Assembly (NCBI GenBank): GCA_038523235.1 | Contig: JBCBJQ010000010.1 | Coordinates: 1-64,000, forward strand | Reading direction: 5' to 3' | Length of the DNA: 64,000 bases | DNA from: Cyanobacteria bacterium J06626_4 | GTDB lineage: Bacteria > Cyanobacteriota > Cyanobacteriia > Phormidesmidales > Phormidesmidaceae | In this document: positions 1 to 10,200 of the stretch, piece by piece | Layout: every line of letters starts with the position of its first letter | How positions within the stretch are numbered: position 1 is the first letter of the stretch | Position numbers and translations under genes: made by a program | The notes under the pieces: generated by a model | Databases searched by the model: none | Told to the model about the DNA's origin: nothing | The model's input: only the letters and a program-made list of their open reading frames with translations

Positions 1-592
1 CACAGGTGCTGTGGCAGCGCTGTGCTTATCTCAATGGCAAATTCTCGTCGTGAGTCTTGCAAGACTGGGTTGCACTCCCTATCGTTGCCATGCTGAGGCG
101 TAGGCTTTCGGTGGCTGCGTTGAGATAGCGGTGTGAGCGGGGGCAAGCAGAGTCGTTGATAACAGCGCCGCGCAATCTCTCGTAGCCCTACTGCAGAAAA
201 CTCAATCCGCGCTCACCAGTCCAGTTGCCGACGTTTCCCAGCGCGCACCAGCAGCACGCCTACCACTACGGCAATCAGGTGGGCAATATCTAAGAACATG
301 ACCAGGGTCGTGAGCAGCTAAGCGCTTCGCCGACGGGATGGTGACAATTGAAAGCCGACTAACTTGTAATCTTTGAAACGCGGTTTGATGCCGCCAAAGC
401 GTTGATCATAGAGGGCAAATGTGTGTAGCGACGGTGGAAACTGGAGAGCACCGCCCAAGGCTCCGATGTCGTTGAGAGCTGAGCGGTGACTAATTGCGCT
501 CTCGTTATAGACCTCAATGTTGCGATAGAGATAGGTTTCGTCCGGCGGTGACCAGAGTCATTGAAGAGCGATAGGCATAAATGAACATTGCT

Positions 593-672
593 GTAGGGTG
601 TATTGTGGCGACAGCCCAACGCACCGCCAGGGTTGGCTTTGGTGCGTCACGCTAGGCGATGACACACCCTAC
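593..672. repeat. REP-like inverted doublet (GTAG-type extragenic palindrome pair)
   Basis: Begins GTAGGGTG...AACGCACC and ends GGTGCGT...ACACCCTAC: two imperfect hairpin units in inverted orientation, each with a terminal GTAG tetranucleotide. Confidence 0.6.
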
Positions 673-834
673 GATCATTAGGCTTTCTACTTATAAATTG
701 CTGAATGATCCACTCACGGTGGGGTGTCGGAGGTCAACAGCCTGGCTTGCCCTAATGGGCCTAGAGAATTTTCTGGCAGCAACCACCAATAGTTCGGCTT
801 CAGCATCAAGGTCAGTCAACGCAGCGTAGCGGAT

Positions 835-1014
835 TCAGCCAGCCAATAAAAAAGAGAGGTCAATGACCTCTCTTTTTTCATCCTGAGCCTTCTTCAAGTT
901 TTGACGAAGACGCTGATTACGTTTTCTCAGTTGTCGTTGCCTAGCAGTGCCGCCGCGACCTTTATCGTTGCGACCAGATTTGCGAGGCGATTCCCACCGT
1001 TTTAGGGTTGCCAT
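835..1014 (-). CDS. Small highly basic protein (59 aa from ATG 1014; GTG 1023 possible); candidate ArfA/BrfA-like ribosome rescue factor
   Basis: SD-like AAGGTGA just before the ATG; K/R-rich MATLKRWESPRKSGRNDKGRGGTARQRQLRK...; terminator hairpin inside the 3' end of the ORF. Function is inference. Confidence 0.65.
   Translation of the reverse strand: MATLKRWESPRKSGRNDKGRGGTARQRQLRKRNQRLRQNLKKAQDEKREVIDLSFLLAG
848..878 (-). terminator. Intrinsic (potentially bidirectional) terminator lying inside the 835..1014 ORF
   Basis: Perfect inverted repeat AAAAAAGAGAGGTCA-A-TGACCTCTCTTTTTT; on the minus strand the stem is followed by TTTTTTATT, upstream of the TGA at 835-837. Confidence 0.85.
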
Positions 1015-1037
1015 AGCGCTCACCTTAGACTAAGTGA

Positions 1038-1119
1038 TGGGCGGAGAGAGACTCGAACTCTCACAACCGAAGTCGCCACATTTTGAGTGTGGTGCGTCTA
1101 CCAATTCCGCCATCCGCCC
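1038..1119 (-). tRNA. trnL: tRNA-Leu (anticodon CAA)
   Basis: Reverse complement GGGCGGATGGCGGAATTGGTAGACGCA CCACA-CTCAAAA-TGTGG, long variable arm, GTTCGAG T-loop, acceptor stem GGGCGGA/TCCGCCC. Confidence 0.96.
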
Positions 1120-1976
1120 TTAGATGACATTTTTTTATTGTACTGGGTGGCGTCTCGATTTAGCAATGACTGATACTGCGGGCTACTCGACCAGCGGTCA
1201 ATCTCGCGGGCTCTCAAAACTGGCAATGGGTGCGTCAACTCCTGAGAACGGACTTGCTTGACCAACTCACCCAATTCAGAATCAACCGCTGCATCGTAGG
1301 CCCGCGCCTGATCGAGAAACGCTTCAACATTGAGCTGGGCTGACAGGGTGGGAGACCCACCAGACAATTTCATCAGCAGAGCGGCAATGGTTTGCGCCTC
1401 TTGCACCACCAGTAAGGCCGCGCGATCGCACGTAAACTCAGCACATCGCACCCATTCCATGATTTGGGTCTGCAAGGTCGGCACCCACAGCTCCGCTAAA
1501 GGCAGCTGACTGGCGGCCAGCGTCAAGAGATTCGCCAGGGTGAGATACACGCTGTGGTCACACTTCAAGTGGCCGAGTTCATGACCAATCACCGCTTGCA
1601 CTTCAGCGGGGGTCAGCAGATCAATCAGTGACGTATGCACCACAATAAAGGGCTGCTTACCCCGCATGGCAAAGGTATAGGCGTTGGGCACAGGATGCTG
1701 CCGCACATAGAGCTGGGGCGGCTCTAGGTCTAGCACTTGGCAGGCTTCGAGCAGTGAATCATGCAGCTCAGGCAGCTGTCGCTTACTTACCAACACGCTC
1801 GACGAAATGTTGTCGAGATAAAGCACTTGCTCTGCCACCGGGCCTAAAGCGGCCCGAATCAAGACGTCTAAGCCCGGTAGCTGACGCAAGGCAGCGGTCG
1901 CTTCTAAATCAAGCGGATGACGAAAGTGATCGGCCTGCAGGCCGGATAAAATCTGCTTTTGGGGGGTGGATTCCAT
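1098..1976 (-). CDS. M48 family zinc metallopeptidase
   Basis: HELGH (HExxH) motif, PNAYT, EFTCDRAALL and THP..V.R motifs; last 22 nt overlap tRNA-Leu. Confidence 0.9.
   Translation of the reverse strand: MESTPQKQILSGLQADHFRHPLDLEATAALRQLPGLDVLIRAALGPVAEQVLYLDNISSSVLVSKRQLPELHDSLLEACQVLDLEPPQLYVRQHPVPNAYTFAMRGKQPFIVVHTSLIDLLTPAEVQAVIGHELGHLKCDHSVYLTLANLLTLAASQLPLAELWVPTLQTQIMEWVRCAEFTCDRAALLVVQEAQTIAALLMKLSGGSPTLSAQLNVEAFLDQARAYDAAVDSELGELVKQVRSQELTHPLPVLRAREIDRWSSSPQYQSLLNRDATQYNKKMSSKGGWRNW
1137..1142 (-). promoter_or_regulatory. Putative -10 box (TACAAT) for tRNA-Leu, inside the M48 coding sequence
   Basis: TACAAT on the minus strand about 18 nt upstream of the tRNA 5' end. Confidence 0.45.
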
Positions 1977-2176
1977 AGGTTGAGAGGAAGGATGGCTAGC
2001 GAGAGAGGCCTCTTGAATCTATCTCATTCCACTAGGGAACGCGGCAGCGCGATCGCCACACCGGCCCATCGTGGGACGAGAATCCCCAGCTAAATTCTCG
2101 ACCCACCAGGGCATCCCAACGCCAATCCCACCACGGCATTGTCCCAGCCCAGTGGCCCCTATCACGGCGAGCTTGA

Positions 2177-3574
2177 TTAAACTTGTCGCTGCTGCACCGT
2201 TGCCGCCGCACCGTCGATCTCAACTGCGGCTTGGGCATCGGCGCCCTCAAGCCGGGTAATGTGGGCCCCAATTTGGGTGAGCTTACGCTCTAGTTGCTCA
2301 TAACCGCGATCAAGGTGGTGGATGCCACTCATGATGGTTTTACCCTGGGCCCCGAGACCGGCCAACACTAAAGCCGCAGAAGCGCGTAGGTCAGTCGCCA
2401 TCACTGGTGCCCCCGACAGCATCGGTACGCCTTGAATCACGGCACAATTGCCTGTGACTCGAATGTTGGCACCCATGCGACCAAACTCAGCCACATGGCG
2501 CAGACGGTTTTCAAAGACCGTTTCGGTAACCATGCTATTGCCGCTGCTCAAGGTCATCAAGGCCATAAACTGAGCCTGCATATCGGTCGGAAAACCAGGA
2601 TAGGGCAGGGTTTGAATATTCGTCGGCAAAATTTCATCACCGGGAATCAGCTTAATCCGGTTATGGGATTCAGAGATCACATCCGACCCGGCCTCGCGCA
2701 GTTTGGCGATCACCGCCCCCAAATGCTCGGGCACCACCGGCGACAGTGAAATTGCCGAGTGGGTAATCGCTCCAGCGATCAAAAACGTCCCGGCTTCGAT
2801 GCGATCGGGCACGATCGCATAGTCGGTACTGTGCAGACTGGGCACCCCAGAAATCGTCAAAGTCTTAGTGCCGACCCCGCGAATACGGGCTCCCATCGCC
2901 CGACAAAAGTTAGCCAAATCAGCCACTTCTGGTTCTTGGGCGGCATTATCAATGACCGTCTCACCATCGGCCAGCGTGGCCGCCATCATCAGGGTTTCGG
3001 TCGCGCCGACGCTGGGATAATCGAGGTAAATTTTCGCCCCCTTCAGACGCCCTCGAATACCGGGAATACAGGCATGAACCGTGCCGTGCTCGATCTGGAC
3101 ATCCGCCCCCATCGCCTGCAGGCCGCGCACGTGCAGCTCTACCGGTCGCGCCCCAATCGCACAGCCACCAGGCAACGGAATGCGCGCGACGCCCATGCGC
3201 GCAAGCAGCGGGCCAATCACAAAGAAACTGGCTCGCAGCTTGCTGACGATGTCGTAAGGCGCACGAGTATGACTAATGTCGCTGGGATCAAGCTCTAAAA
3301 AGTCCTGGTCACGTTTGACTTTGACCCCTAGCGCCTTCAGCACCGCCCCCATCCGCTCGACGTCAACCAGGTTAGGGACGTTGCGCAGGCGGCAGGGCTG
3401 CGAACATAACAACACGCCGGCCATCACCACCAGAGCGGAGTTTTTGGCCCCACTAATGGTGACATTGCCTGAGAGTGGCTGCTGTCCCCAGATTTCTAAA
3501 ACTGAGTTATCGGCATCAGGGGAATTGGACATCTGTTGAATACCAGCGGCTGTAACGATGGGTTTATCCTCCAA
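2177..3574 (-). CDS. murA: UDP-N-acetylglucosamine 1-carboxyvinyltransferase
   Basis: [20 protein letters not shown] (active-site Cys), [15 protein letters not shown] and TDLRA motifs. Confidence 0.97.
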   Translation of the reverse strand: MEDKPIVTAAGIQQMSNSPDADNSVLEIWGQQPLSGNVTISGAKNSALVVMAGVLLCSQPCRLRNVPNLVDVERMGAVLKALGVKVKRDQDFLELDPSDISHTRAPYDIVSKLRASFFVIGPLLARMGVARIPLPGGCAIGARPVELHVRGLQAMGADVQIEHGTVHACIPGIRGRLKGAKIYLDYPSVGATETLMMAATLADGETVIDNAAQEPEVADLANFCRAMGARIRGVGTKTLTISGVPSLHSTDYAIVPDRIEAGTFLIAGAITHSAISLSPVVPEHLGAVIAKLREAGSDVISESHNRIKLIPGDEILPTNIQTLPYPGFPTDMQAQFMALMTLSSGNSMVTETVFENRLRHVAEFGRMGANIRVTGNCAVIQGVPMLSGAPVMATDLRASAALVLAGLGAQGKTIMSGIHHLDRGYEQLERKLTQIGAHITRLEGADAQAAVEIDGAAATVQQRQV

Positions 3575-3790
3575 AACCTGAGTGCGACAACTCAGATGTA
3601 AATTTTCGTCTAGATTCTACCCAATTCAACCATTTTCTCTAACCTTTTTTTCGGGCGGCCACAAAAATACGTCTTGCTGTAGAGCTGGCGGTCAAAATTT
3701 CTTTTGTCTTAGAGTTGACGAATGCATTCTTTTTGAGGCACTGTAGAAGACTGCTGTTATAGATCTCCAGGGTTTATAAGGCATTAGCCA

Positions 3791-3874
3791 GCGGAACTGG
3801 CGGAATTGGTAGACGCGCTAGATTCAGGTTCTAGTGTTCGCAAGAACTTCCGGGTTCAAGTCCCGGGTTCCGCA
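3791..3874 (+). tRNA. trnL: tRNA-Leu (anticodon CAG)
   Basis: GCGGAACTGGCGGAATTGGTAGACGCG CTAGA-TTCAGGT-TCTAG, long variable arm, GGTTCAAGTCC, GTTCCGCA. Confidence 0.96.
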
Positions 3875-4057
3875 TCTCATTCAATTACTGAGTGTTCTGA
3901 GCCAAATTGCGTCTTAGCATTAAGCCAATTTTGCTGATGCAGCGCCCTCCTGAGGGTTACTAATGTTTGATGATTCAGGCGCTAAGTCATCAGGTTTCCA
4001 AAGGTCAGGCCGGTGGGCCTAGAGCCGCCAAGAGGTAAGCGTTAACAGCACTGGGCG

Positions 4058-4843
4058 ATGCTCACAAGTCTCAAAAATCCTTGGATAAAAGAACTGCGTA
4101 AGCTGCATCAAAGCAAACATCGGCGATCGCAGCAGCAGTTTTTGGTCGAAGGCACTCATCTCGTTCAGGAGGCGATCGCCACCGGCTATCCGCTACAGGC
4201 AATCTGTGCCACCGCAGCCTGGCAAACTCATCATGCCGACCTGTGGGCGCAGGTGCAGGCCAACAGTGAACGTCACGAAATTGTCAGCCCTGAGGTGCTC
4301 GCAGCGATCGCCACGACGCAAACACCGGATGGCGTGGTGGCGATCGCGCCCCGACAGCCCGCCGTTCCTTTGCCCCACCAACCGCAACTCGGACTGGCAG
4401 TAGAAGCGATTCAAGACCCTGGCAACGTCGGCACCTTGATCAGAACCGCCGCCGCTGTCGGCAGCGACGGACTCTGCCTGAGCCAGAACAGCGTTGATTT
4501 AACTCACCCCAAGGTGCTACGAGCCTCAGCAGGGCAGTGGTTTCGCGTAACGCAACAGACCACCGCCGATCTGCCCCAGCAGCTCGCCACCTGGCAAGCT
4601 CAGAATTGTCAAATCTTAGCGACCGCCGCCGAGGGAGCCGTCCCCTATTGGCAAGTAGATCTGACATTGCCGACGGTTTTGGTACTAGGCAACGAAGGAG
4701 CCGGCCTGTCGCCAGCGGCCATCGCGATCGCCGATCATGTGGTGGCGATTCCGATGGCAAACGCGGTGGAATCGCTCAACGTGGGCATTGCTGCCGCCGT
4801 CATTTTGTTTGAAGCAGTTCGACAACGACAAGCCGCGCTGTGA
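4058..4843 (+). CDS. TrmH/SpoU family RNA methyltransferase
   Basis: QDPGNVGTLIRTA, LGNEGAGL and ESLNVGIA SPOUT motifs. Confidence 0.92.
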   Translation: MLTSLKNPWIKELRKLHQSKHRRSQQQFLVEGTHLVQEAIATGYPLQAICATAAWQTHHADLWAQVQANSERHEIVSPEVLAAIATTQTPDGVVAIAPRQPAVPLPHQPQLGLAVEAIQDPGNVGTLIRTAAAVGSDGLCLSQNSVDLTHPKVLRASAGQWFRVTQQTTADLPQQLATWQAQNCQILATAAEGAVPYWQVDLTLPTVLVLGNEGAGLSPAAIAIADHVVAIPMANAVESLNVGIAAAVILFEAVRQRQAAL

Positions 4844-5079
4844 CTGCTCAGGATCTGCCATCATGCCGGTATTGACCGTTCTCAGTGCTTCGTTTCCAGC
4901 ACCGCATGGATAACGTAGATGCAGACACAGTCAAGGTTTAGTCGCCCAGCTTGGGGCCGTCAATAGCCGTCAATAATTGATCAGGGCGGTTGTGGAAGCG
5001 ACCAGGAATAGCATTGAATTGGCGATTTCCAGCGAAACCGGCCTGACAGTGGGTTATTTTCTCTCAGAAATCGCCGGGT

Positions 5080-5322
5080 TCAAGCGGTGGGCGAATCTTC
5101 CGATGACATAAACCGCTCAATATCTTGCACCGCATCGTCGAGCAGCTGGCCCAAGTCAACCGCGTCCTCTTCAAAAGCAGGCGGCTCGGCAGCGGCAGAT
5201 TGCTGAGACGGGGACTCAGGGGCATTGGCCGGCGTAATCTGCAAAACTGTTTCCAACTCATCAAGAGCCTTAACAAATTTTCGAGTAGCCTGATGGCGTT
5301 TGTCTTGTGGAATGTGGTCCAT
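5080..5322 (-). CDS. Small acidic hypothetical protein
   Basis: 80 aa ATG-started ORF with amphipathic helices at both ends (KFVKALDELE..., LLDDAVQDIERF). Confidence 0.65.
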   Translation of the reverse strand: MDHIPQDKRHQATRKFVKALDELETVLQITPANAPESPSQQSAAAEPPAFEEDAVDLGQLLDDAVQDIERFMSSEDSPTA

Positions 5323-6226
5323 GGCGCTTAAAAAACTTCGGGTGAAGTTAGCGATGAGTCAAGTAAGGCGATAAAGGTTTTCATTAATTTAGCTCTAAAT
5401 CTAATCGACACTAGCTGACATTGCTGATTTTGAGCATGTTTTGAGTGAGGCGACCCCGTTGCCTACCCCCTACATACCCTAATTATGGAAGACTTCCGGA
5501 CAGTGATTTTGCCTAAATCCAGCGAATTAGACCTTGTAGCAGCAGTGCCCAAACGTCTGAGCGCGATGGCCTATACCACTGGCACGCCGCTCTCAATCAA
5601 AAAAATCAGGTGTCTGCCATGGGCGTGGGAGGTGGGGCGGACGGCCCTCTGGACAGGAGTTTTGAGCAACTATTGGGGAGTGATTCACTCGCCGCAAAGT
5701 CTAATTTTCAGGACAGTGCCCATGCCGCTCGGACACCACTGCAAATCAGAACAAGCCATTGGATGTCATCGGTGCCATGGTATCCCGAACACCGATGAGA
5801 TTCCCAGCAGCCAGGTGGTTGGAGCCGACGGGCGATCAGTCAGTCCTTGTAACTGTGAGTAGTTTTACTGATACCGCCACAACCGCTTTTTTGATTTTTT
5901 CGAGGGAAAATAGTTTTCTACTTAGGGAGTCGCTGAAACATAGCCTCCGCGATCGCAGAGGTTTGCCCCTTCCCAACCCTGACTGAAAACTGTTTGCCCC
6001 AGGGAAGTGATCTCAGCGCAGATGCCTGATCTAATATCACTGCTTATGATTAAGGCTAAGTAAATTCATCAGCACTGCCTCTAGCCTTTGCCAGCTATCA
6101 AAGCTAGTTTAATGATATTCACTTATCGTGAGAGAGCTTCAAACTTCTGGGTGCCGGTTGAGATTGTCATCAGAGTCGGCTCACAGAATCCCCTATCCCT
6201 GTCCTGAATCGTTGTGAGCAAATCTT

Positions 6227-6841
6227 ATGAAAGCAGTGAAGTTGCCCCATGACCAAAGGATCTATATCAATGTCATGGAGAGTTTGGTAACCCAGGAAGT
6301 AGGCAAGCAGATCAAAGAGACCTCACCTAGAATCCGTCGATACTTGCGGATGGAAGAGGTCGTCACCTATGCCCTCAATCGTCTGCCCACGCTGTATGCC
6401 TCTAGTGCCAGGGGGTGGCAGTATCAACGGCAGCTTGCGAAACGTGACCTGCATAAAAAGATCAGCGATGCGGTGCGACAGGCGATTATGGCGGTCCAAG
6501 TTGATCCGCTACGTCTGGCGCAACCCTTGCAAGTCAGTCGAGACCAGGAAGCCGAAGCAGTGCTCACGACGCTACGGGCCTTGTTTCAGCTGCCTGATTT
6601 GAGCTGGGAAGCGGCCCTCAGTCAGTTAAAAGCAGTGGAAACCCAAGCGCTGTTTGCGGACTTAGTTCAGCCTCAAGCCGCTAACCAGCCCTGGCAGCCC
6701 GGCCAACATACGCCTGATGTCGCCTGGACTCACCGCCGTCGCCGCCCTCAGCATCTAAAAGATGAGCCCCTGCAGGAAGCTGAAGCTCAAAAATCCAATG
6801 ATTCGGACAATGGTTGGGATAACGTGCTTTATCAGCTCTGA
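6227..6841 (+). CDS. ComFB (late competence development) domain protein
   Basis: NVMESLV..EV and EEVVTYALNRLPTLYASS motifs typical of cyanobacterial ComFB domains. Confidence 0.8.
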   Translation: MKAVKLPHDQRIYINVMESLVTQEVGKQIKETSPRIRRYLRMEEVVTYALNRLPTLYASSARGWQYQRQLAKRDLHKKISDAVRQAIMAVQVDPLRLAQPLQVSRDQEAEAVLTTLRALFQLPDLSWEAALSQLKAVETQALFADLVQPQAANQPWQPGQHTPDVAWTHRRRRPQHLKDEPLQEAEAQKSNDSDNGWDNVLYQL

Positions 6842-7146
6842 GGAAACTGCCCAGCAAACTGATCTGCAGTGACCCTAACCTTGGTCGAACCGGATCAAAA
6901 CCATCGGCATCAGGCACCTTCATCAACTCAGGGCATCGCCTGCCCGCCGCTTAAGGCTCGGTTCATCGCGGCTCAATGGTTGGCAATCAGCCGTTCGATG
7001 CTGGTGGGGGAACATCGCTAGACGGAACGTCGTCTGAGAGCACGAAGCAGACCCTCGAGCCGCAACCTTAGCCGTCGCGCTCGCAGCCACCCCTCTTCAA
7101 TGCCGCCAACTCATTGCGTGGGCAGTCAAGGTTTGGGGAAATTTTA

Positions 7147-7176
7147 AAAACTCAGGAAAACTCAGGAAAATTCAGG
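7147..7176. repeat. Three tandem 10-bp direct repeats AAAA(C/T)TCAGG
   Basis: aaaactcagg aaaactcagg aaaattcagg, ending 44 nt upstream of the NB-ARC gene start. Confidence 0.9.
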
Positions 7177-7220
7177 AAAGGCGCGGTAAACTCTGACTAT
7201 CATCAGGGTGCACGCAACCA

Positions 7221-10200
7221 ATGTCTGGGTTAATGGGTTTTGATGAAGCGTTTCGAACAGCTGATTTGGCCGTTCGCGCAGTTCGCGTTGACGGGCTGCG
7301 AGATATCGATCGCGTTGTTTTAGAAGGCTCTTGGCATCGTCATACCTATCAAAAAATTGCGGCAGAGGCAGGCTATACCGAGGGGTATCTGAGTCGGGAC
7401 GTGGGGCCAGCACTATGGACCCTACTGTCTGATGCCTTGGGCATGCAGGTTAAAAAGACGAATTTCCGCACCGCGATTGAGCGGTGGTCAGAGCAGATGT
7501 TGGCAGAACTCCCGGCCGCATCGGCTCTAGATGCAGCATCCAATAGCAATGGTCGCGCGGCGGCGGCGACCCTTGCCGCTGCGCCGATACCTGACGTTGC
7601 CAGCTTTTTACCCTTTGATATCTCAGATTTTCGCGGTCGACAACCGTCGCTAGCCGATTTAGCTGACTGGGTAATCAATCATCATGGGCGGCTGTTGTGC
7701 CTCTCGGGCATCCCTGGGGTAGGCAAAACTTGGTTAGCGGTCAAGCTGGCTGAGCAAGTGCGGCCCCATTTTCAGCAGTTTGTTTACCGCGATTTAAGCG
7801 ATCGTGCCCTGCCCTCAGAGCTGCTGGGGGACTTGCTGCAAGAGCTGGGCAACGCATCTGACCGGCCTGATTCCTTAGCAGAGCGGCTAGATTTGCTGAC
7901 GCAGACGCTGACTCAGCGTAAGTGCTTAATTGTCTTAGACGGCATTGAAGCAGTCTATCGCCCACAAATGCTGGCAGGGACCTACGATGCTCGCTTTACC
8001 GACTATCGCGAGATCTTAGACGCCTTAGCGAGTCGTGAACACCCCAGCTGCGTCGTGTGGGTGGGGCGCGACTTGCCCCGTGCGGCCCTGCCGATTACCG
8101 GCTCAGGCTGTCGGCTGTTTTGTGTAGAGGGCTTAGATCAAGCGGAACTCTCGACCCTGGCGTTTTGGCCACCCGAGTTGACCGCGACCGAGTCAGATTG
8201 GCAATTGCTGAGTCATCACTATGGCGGCATCCCGGCCCTGATTCTGGCGGAAGTCGCCCCCCGCATCGCCTCTTTCGGCCATCGGTTAACGGCTTGTTTA
8301 GACGCTCTACAGCTAGAAACTCAACTAATACAGACCTATATCGAAACCTGGTTAGCGCCATTGTCAGACGTGGAGTGGCAGGTTCTGACCTGGATGATGC
8401 TGGGCCAGCAGCCGCTATCGCTGCAGCAAATCAGTCAATACCTGAATACGTCGATGGCGTTGGGGGCCGTTGAGTCGCTGGGCGACCGGGGCATCTGTCA
8501 CTCGCGAGTCGAAGCGGGGGCAGATGCCGTCTGGGAGCTGGCATTACCGGAGCTGCTGTCGCCCTATCTCCGCGATCGCTTTTTGCAAGCCTTTGCCACC
8601 GCTGATGAAGCTCAGCAGTGGGAGCTGCTCGATCACTATCCGCTGCTGCAGGCGAATGCCCCAGAGATGATTCGCCAATGGCAGCGGCAAGCTCTATTAG
8701 GGGCCGTATCCTCGTTGCTAGAAGCGACCTATCGTCGACCAGCGGAACAGGAAAGCTTCTTGCGTCGGGCTTTGCAAGCGAGTCAAGCACCCGCTCAGCG
8801 GGCCGCAGCCGAGGGTTATCGGGCAGGCAACCTGGTGAATTTAGCGCAGTACTGGCAACACTCTTTAGTGGATATCGATTTCCACTCGCTGCAACTGCGC
8901 GACGCTGATTTGCAGTCTGACCTCTTTCAAGGCGTCTCGTTTGCTGGGGCTGACCTGCAGCAAACATTATTAGCCAAACCGATGGGGCAGTGCCCAGTCA
9001 TTGCGATCAACGCTCACCAGAATGAAATCGCGGTGGGTGATCAAGATGGTCGGCTGCTGTTGTGGAACCGCCAGAACGGTCGCCTGCAGCGGGCCATGTT
9101 GACCGTGACGTCGGCCATTCGAGCGATCGCGTTTAGTATTGACGGCTATACCCTGGCCGAAGGTCGTCAGGATGGCACCATTCGCCTTTGGGATCTGCAG
9201 TCTGAATATGGCCCAGAGCTATTTGCCAACACCGCTGATGAGGCGCTCACCACCCTCGCCTTTAGCCCCGATAAGCAGCTTTTAGTGGGTGGTGATGAGG
9301 CTGGCAACCTCTATGTTTGGCGACTCGCTTCGGGAGAGCAACTGCACTGTATTGCCGCCCACAGTGCGGCGGTGACCGCAATCGCGATCAGCCCCTGCAG
9401 TCAATTTCTCTTGACCTGTGGAGAAGACTGCGCCGCCGTCGAGTGGCAGCTTGCCAGTGGCGAGGCCACTCAGCGGTTTCAAGGGCGACTCACCAGCCGG
9501 TTGGGCACCGTCGCGTATCTCCCAGGCGTGCCCCCCAACAGCCTGCGTGCCGTCGTCATTGGCCGTGACGAAGGGCAGTTGGTAATTTGGGATCTCACCT
9601 CAGAACGCCCGTTGAAAGTCATGCAAGAGCCCTGCGATTTGTTCATGACGTTGACCTTGAGTCCCAATGGTCGTTATTTAGCCGCCAGTGACATTAGTAA
9701 TACCGTGTCGGTTTGGGAGGTCGATTCGCGCGCGCGGCTTTATCAAATTTCAGCCACCAGCGCCCCGGTCGAATCACTCGTGTTTAGCCCCGACAGCCGC
9801 GAGTTAATGACCGGGGGTGACTATATGGTACAGCGGTGGCATGCTTACTCTGGGCAGTGTTTACGGATCTGGCGCAGCGATCGCCACCCAGCCAAAAAAC
9901 TGGCTTTAGCGACTCACCCCTTGCGGCTGTTGAGCTACCACGACGACCAAACGGTCAGATGTTGGCAGCATGCAGCAGAGCGACAGCGGTGGCTGCCCCA
10001 AGCCCGCCTCCAACTGCCAGACGGCAGTCTGGCTGAGCTGATGGCGACGAGTCAGTCCGGACACTATTGGGCAGTGGGCACCGCCGCCGGGCAGATCGCC
10101 ATTTGGGATTGCCATCGATCACTTTGGCTAGACTGGTCAATGCGCTTACCCAAGAGCATTACGGCCCTCGCCTTTGATCAGGCAGGCACCTTGCTAGCGG

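Noticed and set aside
5485..5986. ORFs in the long intergenic region upstream of the ComFB gene
   Set aside because: Overlapping frames with no recognisable motifs and non-protein-like composition
5920..6030. Possible c-di-AMP or glutamine riboswitch (GTCGCTGAA...)
   Set aside because: Downstream conserved elements of those motifs could not be found by eye
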